Shown: positions 1 to 13,960 of the stretch, one piece after another
How positions within the stretch are numbered: position 1 is the first letter of the stretch
How the letters are laid out: each line of letters starts with the position of its first letter
Source: Bigelowiella natans CCMP2755
Taxonomy: Eukaryota; Protista; Cercozoa
Assembly (NCBI GenBank): GCA_000320545.1
Contig: ADNK01003423.1
Coordinates: 1-37,192, forward strand
Length of the DNA stretch: 37,192 bases
Direction of reading: 5' to 3'
Notes under the pieces: generated by a model
Told to the model about the DNA's origin: nothing
Databases searched by the model: none
The model's input: only the letters and a program-made list of their open reading frames with translations
Made by a program: the position numbers and the translations under genes

Positions 1-159
1 TCCTCCTCATCCATCCTCCATCCTCCTCATCCTCCTCCTCTGGCGTATGTGAGTTGTTTGCACAATACGCATAACACTATGCTCGAAAAAAGCAGAAGAT
101 ATGTGCAATATTGAATATTACAATCATCATCGTCATCTGCTGCTATGCTCTCTTCTCAG

Positions 160-407
160 TGATGGATCCTGGGAGAAACTTGATCAACGGGATGGAATGA
201 GCGAGGAAGAAATGCCAAAAAAAAGGGGCACATACGGGGTATAATAGTAGTCGCAGTAGTAGTGCTGGTGGTGGTGGTAGTAGTAGTGATGAAAAGCAAG
301 AAATATCATCGATATATCGAGCATTTCTGGCCACAAAGTATATAATCGATCGCATTATTACGAGAGAGGCAAGCATTCACTCTGTCATCCATATCATTTA
401 GAAATAT

Positions 408-446
<39 letters not shown>

Positions 447-808
447 CATATATACAACCGTCCAACATCGGACACTTGTGTTGTTGTTGTTGGTGTTGTT
501 GCTTTTCTTCTTCTTCTTCTTCTTCTTCTTCTTCTTCTTCCCATTGACTCTGTTGTGTGATTGCATGATGTTGGTATGGTCACTGGTTAGATGTGGTGTG
601 AGATTCCAGAGAACCAAACGCTCCCTTCCAGACTCGGTATAGTGATAGTAATAACACATAATAATAATAAATAGTGTTTGTTCTTCAAAATAGCCCAGCA
701 ACGACGAACGATGATGAGGCTGATGATGATGCATGATGATGGTGGTGATGCGCATAATACTAAACACACACACACACACACACACACACAACACATATAT
801 ACACATAT

Positions 809-846
<38 letters not shown>

Positions 847-896
847 CATCAGGATTGATATCGTCCAAAGCTAGCCAGTCTTCCACCACCCCAAAG

Positions 897-940
<44 letters not shown>

Positions 941-1077
941 GCACAGCAGCTGCAACGATAGAGCATTACAACACGAATCATCACGCACAGCAGCTGCAAC
1001 GATAGAGCATTACAACACGAATCATCACGCACAGCAGCTGCAACGATAGAGGAGGAGAACAAGAAAAACAGCAACCG

Positions 1078-1117
<40 letters not shown>

Positions 1118-1274
1118 TGTACACATGTATAAACCTTACACACGGCACAAGTTGCCCTTTGAGGAAAGGCAAACCACACTCTTCCTCCTCCTCCTCCTCC
1201 TCCTCCTTATCTTCCTCTCATACTCACACGTAAGCATAGGAAATAATACACACACTCACACGCATAAGTAAATG

Positions 1275-1305
<31 letters not shown>

Positions 1306-1686
1306 GGTACTGCTACATACATAATAACTCGATGATTATCATGATCGTCTCAGTGAGATCTGGGTTCCTACCACACTTCCTTCGCTCGAGAGGCAAAACT
1401 CATTTGAGGTGTTTTGCCCTCTCTCTCTGACATATACATATATAATGTAGTATGCACGTGTACTATTTCATCATATGCATGGAGTAGTAATACCGTTGCA
1501 TGCTACATGCCAATGAACATCGTTATCGTTATCATGATCATAATCATTATCATCCTCTCTATCCTCCTGCTCACCATCTTCTTCTTCATCACTCATTGTT
1601 GTTCTATGGTGCCGTCGTCAGCTTGTCAAGCTTTCTCGCCAGAAATCGATCAATGAAAGGGCAGGTCTACAGTGTGCACTCACGCG

Positions 1687-1756
<70 letters not shown>

Positions 1757-2200
1757 CACACACATACACACACACACACACACACAAGGATTCCTCACAT
1801 AAATACGCAGGTGCCGAAGTCGCAATCGCTGCCTTTGAAAGGCCTTTCACAAACCTCGCCAACGATCATAAAGTAACCACCCATTCCCCCCCCCCCCCCT
1901 CTCCATTCCTCCTCCACTTCCTTTGGTACACATATTCCTGACACCCCTCTGCCTCATGGGCATATGTACGCATTAAATAGTGCTGATATATTCCCCCAAC
2001 CGCATTCTCATCATCATACTCTGAATAAAAGCTCGGATTGTTCCTTAAAACCGCACCCGATGACCTACTCCAAGCTGAGCTCTACTTGCAGGTGTTATTC
2101 ACACATATCGTTACCATCCGTATAAATGCTGTGGGGGAGAGCTCTGAGGGGAGGGGGGGGGGGGGGGGGGATTAAGGGGTTTTTAAATTAAAACTTTCCT

Positions 2201-2240
<40 letters not shown>

Positions 2241-3431
2241 CGGTATTATACTGTAGGCTGCATTTCCTGTTGAGTTGCTGAATCAATCCGCATCAGTTAT
2301 TGAATTGGGTACTACTACTACTAGTAGTAGTAGTATTAAGTAGTAGTTGATATTACTACTACTAGTAGTAGCATCTCTAAAATGATATCTACTCTGTGCG
2401 TCAACAGAATAGTATATATATATATATATATATATATATACTGATAAGATTGTCTTCTTCTTCTTCTTCTTCTTCTTCTTCTTCTTTGTCGTGTTCGCTA
2501 TCTTGATCCGCTGTAGTCACTCAATATGCTGGGCTTCACATCGGAAAGCTCAACATCGAACGACAGGTATATGATGACGATGTGTTGTGTGAACTACGCA
2601 ATGTCAGTGATTGCGTGTGTATGATGACGATGTGTTGTGTGAACTACACAATGTCAGTGATTGCGTGTGTATGATGACGATGTGTTGTGTGAACTACGCA
2701 ATGTCAGTGATTGCGTGTGTATGATGTCTTCGCTAAACAACCCTCATTCAAACTTTCCTCTAAGGCAAAGGCAATGTTAACGCTCGCAAGCAATGCTAGC
2801 GTGAATCACAACGTGGAACTGCCAAATATTGAATTCAAGCCTGGCGACAGCGTCAAGATCATAGGTAAGTAGAAACACTCTGTATTCACTTAGATGTTAA
2901 TATGATCGTATGATGTCTAAGATATATGTGTATTCTTTACTCTTGAACAGAATTGACGTTGCGAATGATGATGATGATGATCATGATGATGATAATGATG
3001 ATAAATAACATTTTCAAGTCTTACCACTACCACCACCACCACCACAACCAAAAAAGAGATGATAGGCAAGTATTAACATGCAAGATTGATTTCAGGCCTC
3101 AAAAAGTCTAAAGTCTTCAATGGATTGGAGGGGTGGGTTTGAGATTTTTGCCGTCGTTAAAAAATCTCACGACTCTAATGATGAAGAGGCCGTTCGCACA
3201 GCTTTCAAATAATAAATAAGGGAGATTTTTGGGTGTTAGAGCGTCGTGTGTGTGCGGGAGGAGCGCGGAAAGGAAGCGGGTTTCATTGATTTTTTATGTG
3301 CGTAAATGTACGTGCACATGCGTCGTCGTCAGGATCATCGTCACGGAATTGAAAAAAGACCCCAAAGGCAATATGCGTCACGCGGTAAAAAACCCTAGCA
3401 GTACTAGCATTTGATGTTTAATCGTATAAAC

Positions 3432-3476
<45 letters not shown>

Positions 3477-3957
3477 GACGGCACTTACGGTGCATGACAC
3501 TTACGAAGCTCGTCTTCGCACGTAATGCAATGTATCCACTGGATGTTCATCCTATGAACCGTTCTCGGTCCCCACCCCCTCGCAACGGTTAAATGTTCTT
3601 TTTGGGGCTTGTCGTTTATGACGTAAAACGATGTAATACAAAAGGTACACTTCCCAGCAGAAGCAACAAGATAGTCAATTTTAAAAAAAGGTGACTACCA
3701 ACCCCTCTCCCCCCCCCCCCCACCCGTCCGCGTGGATGTTATCTCGCATATGTGTAGCGTGTATCAATATATGTCAAACGTTCTGCTGCTACTGTATTAC
3801 AATGGCATTCCTTTCTCACCCCCCCCTCCCTTCCCACAGTTAATCTGGAGCGATTCACAAAAGGGATCAAGTCGTCGTCGTCGATAAATGACGGCGAAGA
3901 GCTTCTACAAAGCGGAATTCGGTGATGACAACGACGATATATTGTAGAAGCAGATTG

Positions 3958-3994
<37 letters not shown>

Positions 3995-4211
3995 CAGATG
4001 GTAAGTTCTTGTGTTCTGCCGCACGGCAAACGACCGTTTGTTTGAGTTATACGCACACTGCTACCACGCACAATATACATGATGATTTCGAATATAATCA
4101 GGAAAATATATAGAGAACATCATATAAACTTAATACACACATGCAGCGTACGCACATTCATGTTATGGTATATTTTATCAGTATATTCATGCTCTGATAT
4201 TATAAATATTT

Positions 4212-4261
<50 letters not shown>

Positions 4262-4537
4262 GAAGAGACTGGGACCCGCCTTTGGAGGACTTGAGGACGT
4301 ATAAATATATGTATATATCAATATATAATATATATGAAAATTATATATCAATGTATATATTATATTGGGTTGCAATAATTATCATAAATACAACAAGCTC
4401 CCATTTCCCTTCCCTCTCACCACTAGTTAGTTGTTGACGTAACTGCCATTTCCAAAAGTCAAAGGGAACGTAGTAATGTTGATATAAGAGCGAGGGGGGG
4501 AGGGAGGAGGGGTTTATGTCTATATCGAGTAGTAGCG

Positions 4538-4587
<50 letters not shown>

Positions 4588-5241
4588 CGTCTATCTTTCG
4601 TTTGTTTTACAGGTAGAAGACCTTGACGAGGTTCACCTTGGTGCTTCTTACATGGAACTCCAAGTAACACTCAAAGCTCTCCAATTCCAGTTTAATATGG
4701 TTAGAGAGTACATGCCTTCTCCCCCCCCTTTCCCACCCCTCTATCGTAAACTTGTTGTATGACTTTACGTCGTATAAAGGATAACATTTGAGCCACAGCC
4801 ACCCAATATCGTACTTATGAATGGCCAGCAGGAGCTCTGCTCGGAAGAACAACACAACAATAACAACAACAACAACAACAACACCAGCACCAGCACCAGC
4901 ACCAGCAACAACTAGATGGTGTAGCTGTAGAATGTGACGATAATGTCGCGAGAGACTCTCTGCTTTGTGGATTATTACAACTGCAGCATCATGTTCATCA
5001 CTGAATCAACATCACCACCACCGTAATATGACTATAATCTGTGTTTCCTACTAGTAGTAGTAGTACTAGTAGTATTTGATCCACACTTGCCTTGTCTATT
5101 ATGTGTGTTTAGGTAACAGGATCAACAGGGATTCCTACCTACTTGGATGCCACCTACCTTATTAATGCCGGTACTACTAGGCTACATCTCATCTGGGGAA
5201 GGGGAAGGAGAAAGGGCTATTATCTTTCCATTCTGACAACC

Positions 5242-5275
<34 letters not shown>

Positions 5276-5281
5276 TGTTTA

Positions 5282-5322
<41 letters not shown>

Positions 5323-5621
5323 AGAGAGAAAGAGGAGAGGCATTTTTGACGATATTATTTGTTCTCTAACTGCATTATTACTACTACAAATTGGAGAAGA
5401 TACGAGAAGACAGACAGCACCGACGAGCAGTTCTGGCAATGCCAAAGGGTCATCCTTTTCATCGTACTACACGCAATCATTTATTCCACTCATCCTAAGC
5501 AATGAAGCGACGCATGCATGATGTATGATGCTGACCTTTTTTACTTACTTCTGCAAATCACGAACGGATTTTCCATCAACATGACGACGGCGATACAAGG
5601 ATTATAGCGTTGCTTCCGACA

Positions 5622-5655
<34 letters not shown>

Positions 5656-6511
5656 TGCGTGTTTCTTTGCTGGCTCCTCTTTGTATATATTAGGTATTCA
5701 GGATCTGCCGGAGAGGAGAAAGCGGTATTACTACAAAGTATTGCCAGTAGAGATGATTGTGCGGGGTGTGCGTTGTGCTGATCATCTAGAGGACGGATGC
5801 AAACACTAAGTCTTGAATATGAGTACAGCGATTGATTGAAGACCCTTTGCCTCCTATACAGTTAGGAACGTTGCTAGAAACGAAGAGAACAAAGGAAAAG
5901 GTGCTATCGATCGGTCTTACATGTAGCAGCTGTTTCATCGTCGTCATCATCGTCATCATTATCATCATCATCACCATTCTAACCTCTTCATTCGTTGGAG
6001 TAATTTGCGGTGTGGTCACCCTAAATCAGGCCCAAGATCGGGTAATGATGCTGCTTTTCCAGGCTCTCAGTAACATGTAATTGACTGCACATGTTTTTTG
6101 CCTTCTCCTTCTCCTCCTCCTCCTCCTCCTCATCCTTTATTGCCCATTAGACTTCTTCCTATGCCTTTTCTCTGACTCATCATCGAACACGTATTCCAAT
6201 GCAATATGCACAGAATCAGCAGACTTACAACCAAGAATAGGCTTGTCCGCTCTCACAAGGTTTCTGCTATGTATCCCCCCCCTCCCTATTAAGTCATAAA
6301 TGCTCTGCTATGAGTCATGGTGGTGATGATGATAACGATGTGTGTGTGTGTGTGTGTGTGTGCGCGCGCTTGAATCGTGTCTTAGTGTGTATGATCTCAC
6401 TCTTCTCCCCTCCCTCCCCCCGTCATTCTCAGATCCTTATCTCAAATTCCTGCATTATTAATCCATACTTGACCTACTACTTCCGACACTCGGTAAGAGG
6501 GTAGCATATAC

Positions 6512-6548
<37 letters not shown>

Positions 6549-6979
6549 TTTGTAACTAATACTAGTTGTGTGTATTAATTCGTTTGACGCACAACGGCGT
6601 TAACAAGCTCCTGTGTTTCTTGATGATGCAAATATCCTCCGTACGATAATCTTTTAGGTTGCTAGCATGGCGGAGAGAAGGGTAGAGGCAGTTTAGTATT
6701 ATCCGTAGTCTTAAAGACAGTAGTAGTAGTAGTAGTAGTGGTAGCGAAGAGTAAAGGAGAAGAGGAAAAAGAGAAAGGAATAAGAAAGAGGGAGGGAGGG
6801 AGGGAAAGAGAGAGAAAAGGGAGCAGCAGGTAACCTCACCTGCATAAAATAGCCGTTTATGAGCGGATGTGCGTGAATTCCTCTTCTTCCTTTTTTCTCC
6901 AAAGTATATGTGCATTTGGTTGTTGTTGTTGTTGTTGTTGTTGTCCTTGTGTTAAAGATGGTGAAGAAGAAGATGATAG

Positions 6980-7016
<37 letters not shown>

Positions 7017-7097
7017 ATGGTTAATCAAGGAGCTGTTTGTTGCGTTGGCACATGTCATCGAAGCTCTGTGCACCGACGAGGTCACCTATTCGAACAG

Positions 7098-7141
<44 letters not shown>

Positions 7142-7326
7142 GGAGGAGAGAGAGCGAGCGAGAGAGAGAGGGTCGCCGCCCTCTTAAAGCGTAGATTTTA
7201 TGCGAATTTTATCAAAGAGCAAGAGAAAATATTGAGTTAAAAATCATCTTCTGCAGGATCTCATCGAGATAATTCTAGGGAAATTTTCCACCAGGGTACA
7301 ATGCACATTAACATTATACATGTACA

Positions 7327-7370
<44 letters not shown>

Positions 7371-7487
7371 TCTTATTTTTTTGATATTCACACAAAATCA
7401 TATCAAGTATTTCTCATGTTTTTTAGCATTATCAGAGAGTAGATAGATGTACGCGCAAGGGTCATCCCAGAGATACACACTTACACA

Positions 7488-7539
<52 letters not shown>

Positions 7540-8817
7540 AAATAACACCATGTTTCATTGCAGAAAACTGGTCTACCAGCTATTTTCAAGACACTTGAGA
7601 AACAAACGGCGCTCATGATGTATGTGAATACAACACCATCATCACCTTTTCCTTTGTTCTTTCAAAAGGCAGTGTTACTTGTTGCGTCCTTTTTGAAAGC
7701 GTTTGCAAATGCATGGATGAAGCTGTGATGAATGCCACATCTTGCTCACGCGGACACATGAAGTGCGATGTGTGCACACATGTACACACACATGCACATA
7801 TGTGTGCACATATGCACATGTACACACATGTATGCACACACACTTGCATGTGTACACATGTACCATGTGCATATGTGTACATGTATGCATCTGTAGGGGC
7901 AGAATGAAAGAGAGCGAAGTAGTGAAAAAGGTAGGTGGTAAACATTTTTAAAGTTGAACGATCACGTACACCAGGCATTCCATTTGGATGTGTTGCCAAT
8001 TAGGTGTTTGTGCGACCGCCTGATTAGATGACAACAAAAATGATTCATTTTTTAATTGACATCAATAATGACACCGACAACAATGAAAAATCTAGAGCTC
8101 ATAGCTACCATCATCGTTGCAGACGTCTCGTGAAATTGCCTCAGATGCTCAGTTTGCCGGAGAGGTAGATCCAGCACGCACGAGAGAAATTTCAAAGGAA
8201 TAATCACATTAAGGAAGTGAGGGACATGTGCACGATGTTGTCCTTTTAAATGCATTGTTCACGCACTGATTGCTGTAGAAGCACATGGTTGTTGCATGTG
8301 TGAAATCTTCATTCCTATCTCCCTAATTAATCAGCTTAATCGAGTGCTATCGGCCGGGAACTTGCAGATACGAAGGAGGCTTAAAAGTAGTACAATCGGG
8401 ATATGTCTAACATTGTGTTCTGTTGTGTTTGAAACTTTATCCTCCCTGTCCCTCTCTCTCAGAGATTGCCACTAGCTCTAAGGGAGATGGTGATGAAGAA
8501 AAGAGTGATGAGAAAGACGATGAGGTGAGATCAATCATCATCATCATCTTCCAAGTTGAATTTCACAATGGCACAGTAACATGTGTATGAATACATGTAC
8601 ATATGTACATATGTACATGATAAGTATGATTACGTTTGTGTGTTTGCTTTATGCGTCAACATTGAACGGTATCGGATCGTTCCCCCCCCCTCCTCAGAAG
8701 AAGCAAAAGTTGGCTTTAGAAAGTTTCTATAATGAGGTGGGAGAGCAAAGCGAGCAGCTAATTTCCTAATGCTATCATCCAAAAATCAAAAACACACACA
8801 CACACATATACACACAC

Positions 8818-8867
<50 letters not shown>

Positions 8868-8947
8868 TTGCATACAGACACACCTAGGCACGAAGAAACG
8901 CATGTACATCATCATCATCCTCAAATGTGACGACATCCAACGCCACG

Positions 8948-8980
<33 letters not shown>

Positions 8981-9435
8981 ACCTTGCAGAACTGCGTCGG
9001 AATGGTGGAGATTTACGACGATAAAAGCCCCGAGCACGTCTTTAAGAAGGAGGCCAAGAATGTAAAGGTAAGAGGTCGTCGGCTGTGCGCTGCTTGCTTG
9101 ACACAATGCGTGCACACATCCGTCGTCTAATAATACATTTCCTCCTCCTTTATCATCCGCAACTAGGGTCTCTCCTCTAAGCTTATGTCGCGTTTAACAC
9201 GTGAGGTGGGTGCGATGATGAATGGCCTTCCTCCGGGGTATTTTTCTAAACATAACCTGCCGTATTTCAATCATATTCCTTCCTCCTCCTCCCTATCCTC
9301 CACCAAAACTAAATTTATCACCCTTGTTCCCTACTCTTCCCCCCCCCCCCCTCCCCTCCCCCTCATCGGTAGCATATTCCTGCGAGTTGATTCAAAAAGG
9401 ATGGACGTCATGAGAGCGATGATCATCGGTGAAGT

Positions 9436-9472
<37 letters not shown>

Positions 9473-10167
9473 GAATAGTAGTAGCCAATTACGTATGCAT
9501 TTGCAGATCTATTGACACATATAAAAAAAAAGAGAAAGAGAGAGAGAGGGGGGAGGGGAGGGGGGACGTACATTCTTCACAAATGAAATAATTGTATTGC
9601 TATCTAAGACTACAGCAGCAGCACTACCACCACCTTCAGCATAAAAATCATACTTGACGATTATTTTGTGATTGGTGGTGGTGGTGGTGGAACTAATCGA
9701 TGATAACGATGATAATGATGATATATCTCTTTATAGGGCCACAAGGATCTCCCTACACGAATGGTTATTACCTGCTACCGACACCCTAGCTCATCCCACA
9801 AATCACCAATCATCACACGTCCGCATGCTACGACAATGACAACTACGATGATGATGATGATGATGATGATGAGAGAGAGGAGATTTAGCACAACAAACAT
9901 TCATGAAATTCGAAGCTGTATAGTAGTAATAGTAGTAGTTTTGTAGTAGTAGCATACATCGGGAAGGTCGTGATTCAAGGAGAGAGCAGCATTCATTGAT
10001 GGGTGATTGTATAACCATTGCTTGCATTTGTCATTGTGCTGCTGCTACTTACTACTTTTGGTAGGTGTGTTTTTCTTTGACATCTATATGCCAAGCACCT
10101 ACCCGAGCGTGTCGCCCAAATGCAAGATCATTACAACGGGGCGAGGTGACAACAATACTACGATAGT

Positions 10168-10204
<37 letters not shown>

Positions 10205-10259
10205 GTTCCTGATATCATCTATAACTTTGCCGACAAACAAGCGTCTCTTCCTCTTCCTC

Positions 10260-10308
<49 letters not shown>

Positions 10309-10455
10309 CTCATTTTCTTTTCTCTCTTTCCCCCCCCTATTTCTTTGTGTTGTAATTGCGTCTATATGCGCCTTAGGTTCGTTCAGATTCAACGCCAATT
10401 TGTACACAAACGGTAAAGTGTGCCTCTCCATTCTAGGTAACATATGTACAATATG

Positions 10456-10493
<38 letters not shown>

Positions 10494-11797
10494 CATCGTC
10501 ACCGTCATCGTCATCAACATCATCATCATTATCATCATCATCATCATCGACATTACCCTCCTCCTCCCCATCAATTCCCCCCTGTCTTCAGGAACCTGGT
10601 CAGGCCCTGGGTGGGAACCTCGATATAGCACCTTAACCCAGGTAGTAGTAGTACATCGTGATGTTGCTGGTTGGTGGTGATGATGATGATGATGATGACG
10701 ATGATGATGATGATTATCACGATTGAAATGGAAGCAGCATGCAGCAGACAATCCTTTCCGTGTGGGTTTTGAATTAATGCTGTGGAAATCAATGCGAATT
10801 ACATTGATTTCGTAGAGACGCATACGTGTATTTATTGGTCTCTGTTGCTGCTTTTTCCTCTATTTTTCCTCCATCCAGTCTTTGCTTTTTCCTGTTAACC
10901 CGACGAATGTGTATTGAGGATGTACGCGCACACACGATGATGAGTATGATGATGAGGATGATGATGATGATGTTAAAACACAGGTGCTGCTTTCGATCCA
11001 AGCTATGATTCTTGGAGTTGAAGAGCCAATTGCCAATGAACCAGGGTCACCATGATTATAATGCCTCAAAACACCTTTCGCAACAATGAGCTGCAAACTT
11101 TCTCTGCGTATTCTAACGAATAAGGAGAGCGAGCAATCAAAAGATTGCGTGTTATTAATGAATGGTGATCAATATATACACATTATTTAGGTGGGAATAT
11201 GAAGTCGGCTCGAAACGCTCAAAGAATTATAACGGTTGTTGATTTTTGTTGCTACATCCATCCATTCATCATCGGCTACATTCATCCATTCATCATCGCC
11301 TCTAGGAGGGAGACGAGCAAGATTCAATAACACTTCCCCTCTGTCTCCCCTCCCTCCTCTGTATGACTGATGAGTTCCTTCCTTGAACAAGGCATACTTC
11401 AATGGGGCACGATGAAGTGGGCTATGCTGCACTATCTACAGAATGGGGCTCCTCAAGGGTCGTTGTTCTTGTTGTTGTTTGTTGTTGTTGTTGTTGTTGT
11501 TCATGATGTTTTTTGGGTGTTGCTGTGAAGCTGACTCTCCTTTACCTAATGTGTGATACATACACACAAACAGAGAGGGGGGGGGATTAGAAATATGATA
11601 GCTAAACGCTGCTAATAATGTCGCAGATTTGATGACATTGTGAAGGCTCATTTCTGGAATAAGCGAGAGTAATACGATTACTACTACTTCACTACTACTA
11701 CTACTACTACTACTAGCTAGCTAGCTACTGCTACTGCTTTATTGACAAATGCACAGCATGTATCATTGATGCGTTTAGAAAGCGCCATATTATAAAC

Positions 11798-11837
<40 letters not shown>

Positions 11838-11876
11838 CCTTTCTATCGTACATACACACACAGCGACAACAATATA

Positions 11877-11915
<39 letters not shown>

Positions 11916-12508
11916 TTATTTATTTATATAAGATTATAATATGTTCGCGCTTGCTCTCTTGCATATGGTATGTATGCAGCGAGCTTTTGAAGAAGCAGAT
12001 TCCTGAATGGAAGGCAGCCGCAGAGAGCGCAGGAGATTCTGGCAAAGTAGATCAACATTCGTCTTACAAACGAGCCATCTTTTTCAACCATTCGTAGAAT
12101 CAAAATCCCAGCAAGTGATTGCCAGAACACATCAGCGTAAAATAACACCACATATATTCACCCCGTGGTGGTGAAAATCGGTTTCTTCTTTTTTTTTGCG
12201 TGAAATCATGAAAAGCACTCCTGATTGTGTCTGTTGTGGATGTTGTACTATCAGGGCCCCTACTATGAGGAAAACAAGATTTCTGGAACGGTGCTGCTCA
12301 ATGAGATGATTATGACGACGAAGGATACAACGCAATTATGCAAAACACATGAATAACCCGAGCAACCTCCGCCCTCCTGCTCCCTACCTCTAAGGCATCT
12401 GATTTATGGTGTGAATGGGGCATTTTACAACAGGTAAATGACACGGTAAAATTGCTCACTGAGTCCCTGAAGAAACTGAAGCCGCCGAATCTGCAAGAGG
12501 AGGACGAC

Positions 12509-12545
<37 letters not shown>

Positions 12546-13036
12546 ATTTTGCTCAATGATAGCCCAGCCCCCTAATTGAACTTTTGTCGTCATTGGGGTA
12601 GCGAAGCGGTTGGATGGGGAGATGGGGAGAGAATGAGTGGGCCTTAAATATTGAATATATTGGCTAGCCCCCTTGGGGAGAGAAATTTAAAAAAGGAGAG
12701 AGGAAAGAAGAGAGAAGTTGTCATTCGTGACTACTAATTGTGCCACTGCTATCCCCCGCCCCCGTATTGTAGAAGACGATGACGAGGATGAATCAGACCA
12801 GGTACTACTGCTAGTAACAAACACATCGCTAGAACAAGCGAAAGGCTCAGTTGCAACAACCCTGGCCATCGGATTCTCTCCATAGATTTATCATGCACAC
12901 AACAAAGAACACGAGCGCAGCAGTGTCTTTTCGTTTTGGAGAGTTTGTTGAAAGCGAGAGCACGAGTGATATGAAAGGCATCAATGAAAAAGTAGGGAAA
13001 GTGTATTCTTTCCCAGTTTTCCGACCTCATGAATGA
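160..13036 (+). CDS. Multi-exon BIRC6/BRUCE-like E2 ubiquitin-conjugating (UBC) domain protein; 5' end lies outside the window or is unresolved
   Basis: Phase-consistent GT-AG exons at ~8990-12510 splice to ...GLSSKLMSRLTREVGAMMNGLPPGIFLRVDSKRMDVMRAMIIGPQGSPYTNGVFFFDIYMPSTYPSVSPKCKIITTGRGSFRFNANLYTNGKVCLSILGTWSGPGWEPRYSTLTQVLLSIQAMILGVEEPIANEPGWE...GFDDIVKAHFWNKR. This is a BIRC6/UBE2O/UBE2Z-type UBC, with the catalytic Cys codon TGC at 10421. Upstream exons (ILISNSCIINPYLTYYFRHS|VASMAERR|ELFVALAHVIEAL) resemble the BIRC6 pre-UBC helical region. Exons from 160 to ~5500 are on the same strand, but their linkage to the UBC part and the last exon (stop at 13034-13036) are less certain. Confidence 0.8.
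937..1051. repeat. 44-bp tandem repeat, ~2.6 copies
   Basis: Unit TCACGCACAGCAGCTGCAACGATAGAGCATTACAACACGAATCA starts at 937 and 981, with a partial copy at 1025. Confidence 0.95.
2570..2726. repeat. 50-bp intronic tandem repeat, 3 copies
   Basis: Unit TATGATGACGATGTGTTGTGTGAACTACGCAATGTCAGTGATTGCGTGTG at 2570, 2620 and 2670; copy 2 has one CG->CA change. Confidence 0.95.
7768..7890. repeat. Degenerate alternating purine-pyrimidine tract (CA/TG/TA mosaic) in a long intron
   Basis: ATGTGTGCACACATGTACACACACATGCACATATGTGTGCACATATGCACATGTAC... is almost strictly RY-alternating. Confidence 0.85.
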
Positions 13037-13868
13037 TGTGAATCTAGGATGACTTCTGAACTATCATCTGGCACGCATGGAGCTCACAAATGTGGCGCTT
13101 ATAGAGGTCATGAATGTGGACATGGACGAGATCTCTCGATAGACATGGAACAACATCTCGCAATACGCCTTGTTCTACCCATAAGCAATAGTAATTTTTG
13201 GGCGTTTGGGGATCCTATCCCGTCGAACACGCTACTAGCTGATGATTCATCTAGTCAATTGAGTCATCGTTGTCTAGTTGCACATGCGGTTGAATTTTGT
13301 GTCATTCACAATAAGCATGGTTCTGAAATGATTTTCATTATTTGTGACCATGCTGCCCACCACACAAGCTAGCAAGATTGAACTTGTCAATCATGATGAC
13401 ACGCGCATGTTGCAATGATCCAACGCATGCGCCAGATGAGTTGATGATTGGATCCAGAGATGAACACACATCGATTCAACGTCCACTTCTTGGAAAGTTG
13501 TGTGCACGAGGACATTGTTTGCAAGTGGAATCAAATTGTGTTTTGCACCACCGGCCCGAGCCGAGCGTGCATGCGCAGCGCTTTTGCATGCCGCCAGCAT
13601 CGCATGACGCTACGCCGCTTTCTAGCTTTGTGCGCCGGACAACTCCAGAACTCTCCAAGGATGCCACAAGATGATCTAGATGTGTCCAACAAGTGCAAAC
13701 TTTCGCTCAGCTCAATCGTTTTTGCTGCCCTGCTGCTGATGTGCATCTGAACACATCACAGGCTCTCTGGCTAGCTAGCTTCAGAGCTGTGATCGACAGG
13801 TGTGACACTCCACGGTGGCTGGCTGGCTTGTTTGGAGCTGTGGTGCAATGCCAGAAGAATGCTCCACG

Positions 13869-13960
13869 GTGATGTGAATGTGAATGTGAACAAAGCGTTG
13901 ATGCAAAACCACATGAGCAAGAACCACATGGGAGACATGCCAGCATGCACAAACACGTCG
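13869..13960 (-). mobile_element. Short remnant of a second, related LINE 3' end
   Basis: (GTGAAT)n followed by AACAAAGCGTTGAT...AAAACCACATGAGCAAGAACCACATGGGAGACA aligns with 14045-14093 (AACAAAGCGTTGAT...AAAACTGCATGCGCCAGAACCACATGGGAGACA). Confidence 0.6.

Noticed and set aside
2570-2726. CRISPR-like array (also 937-1051)
   Set aside because: Head-to-tail repeats without unique spacers, no cas genes, and a eukaryotic intron context.
11252-11299. 24-bp intronic duplication, and the 8-bp repeat AGCACTCT at ~33688-33718
   Set aside because: Ordinary slippage duplications with no further structure.
444-12335. Numerous short ORFs with poly-YI, CV, RE, HT or poly-M tracts
   Set aside because: These are translations of intronic microsatellites, not genes.
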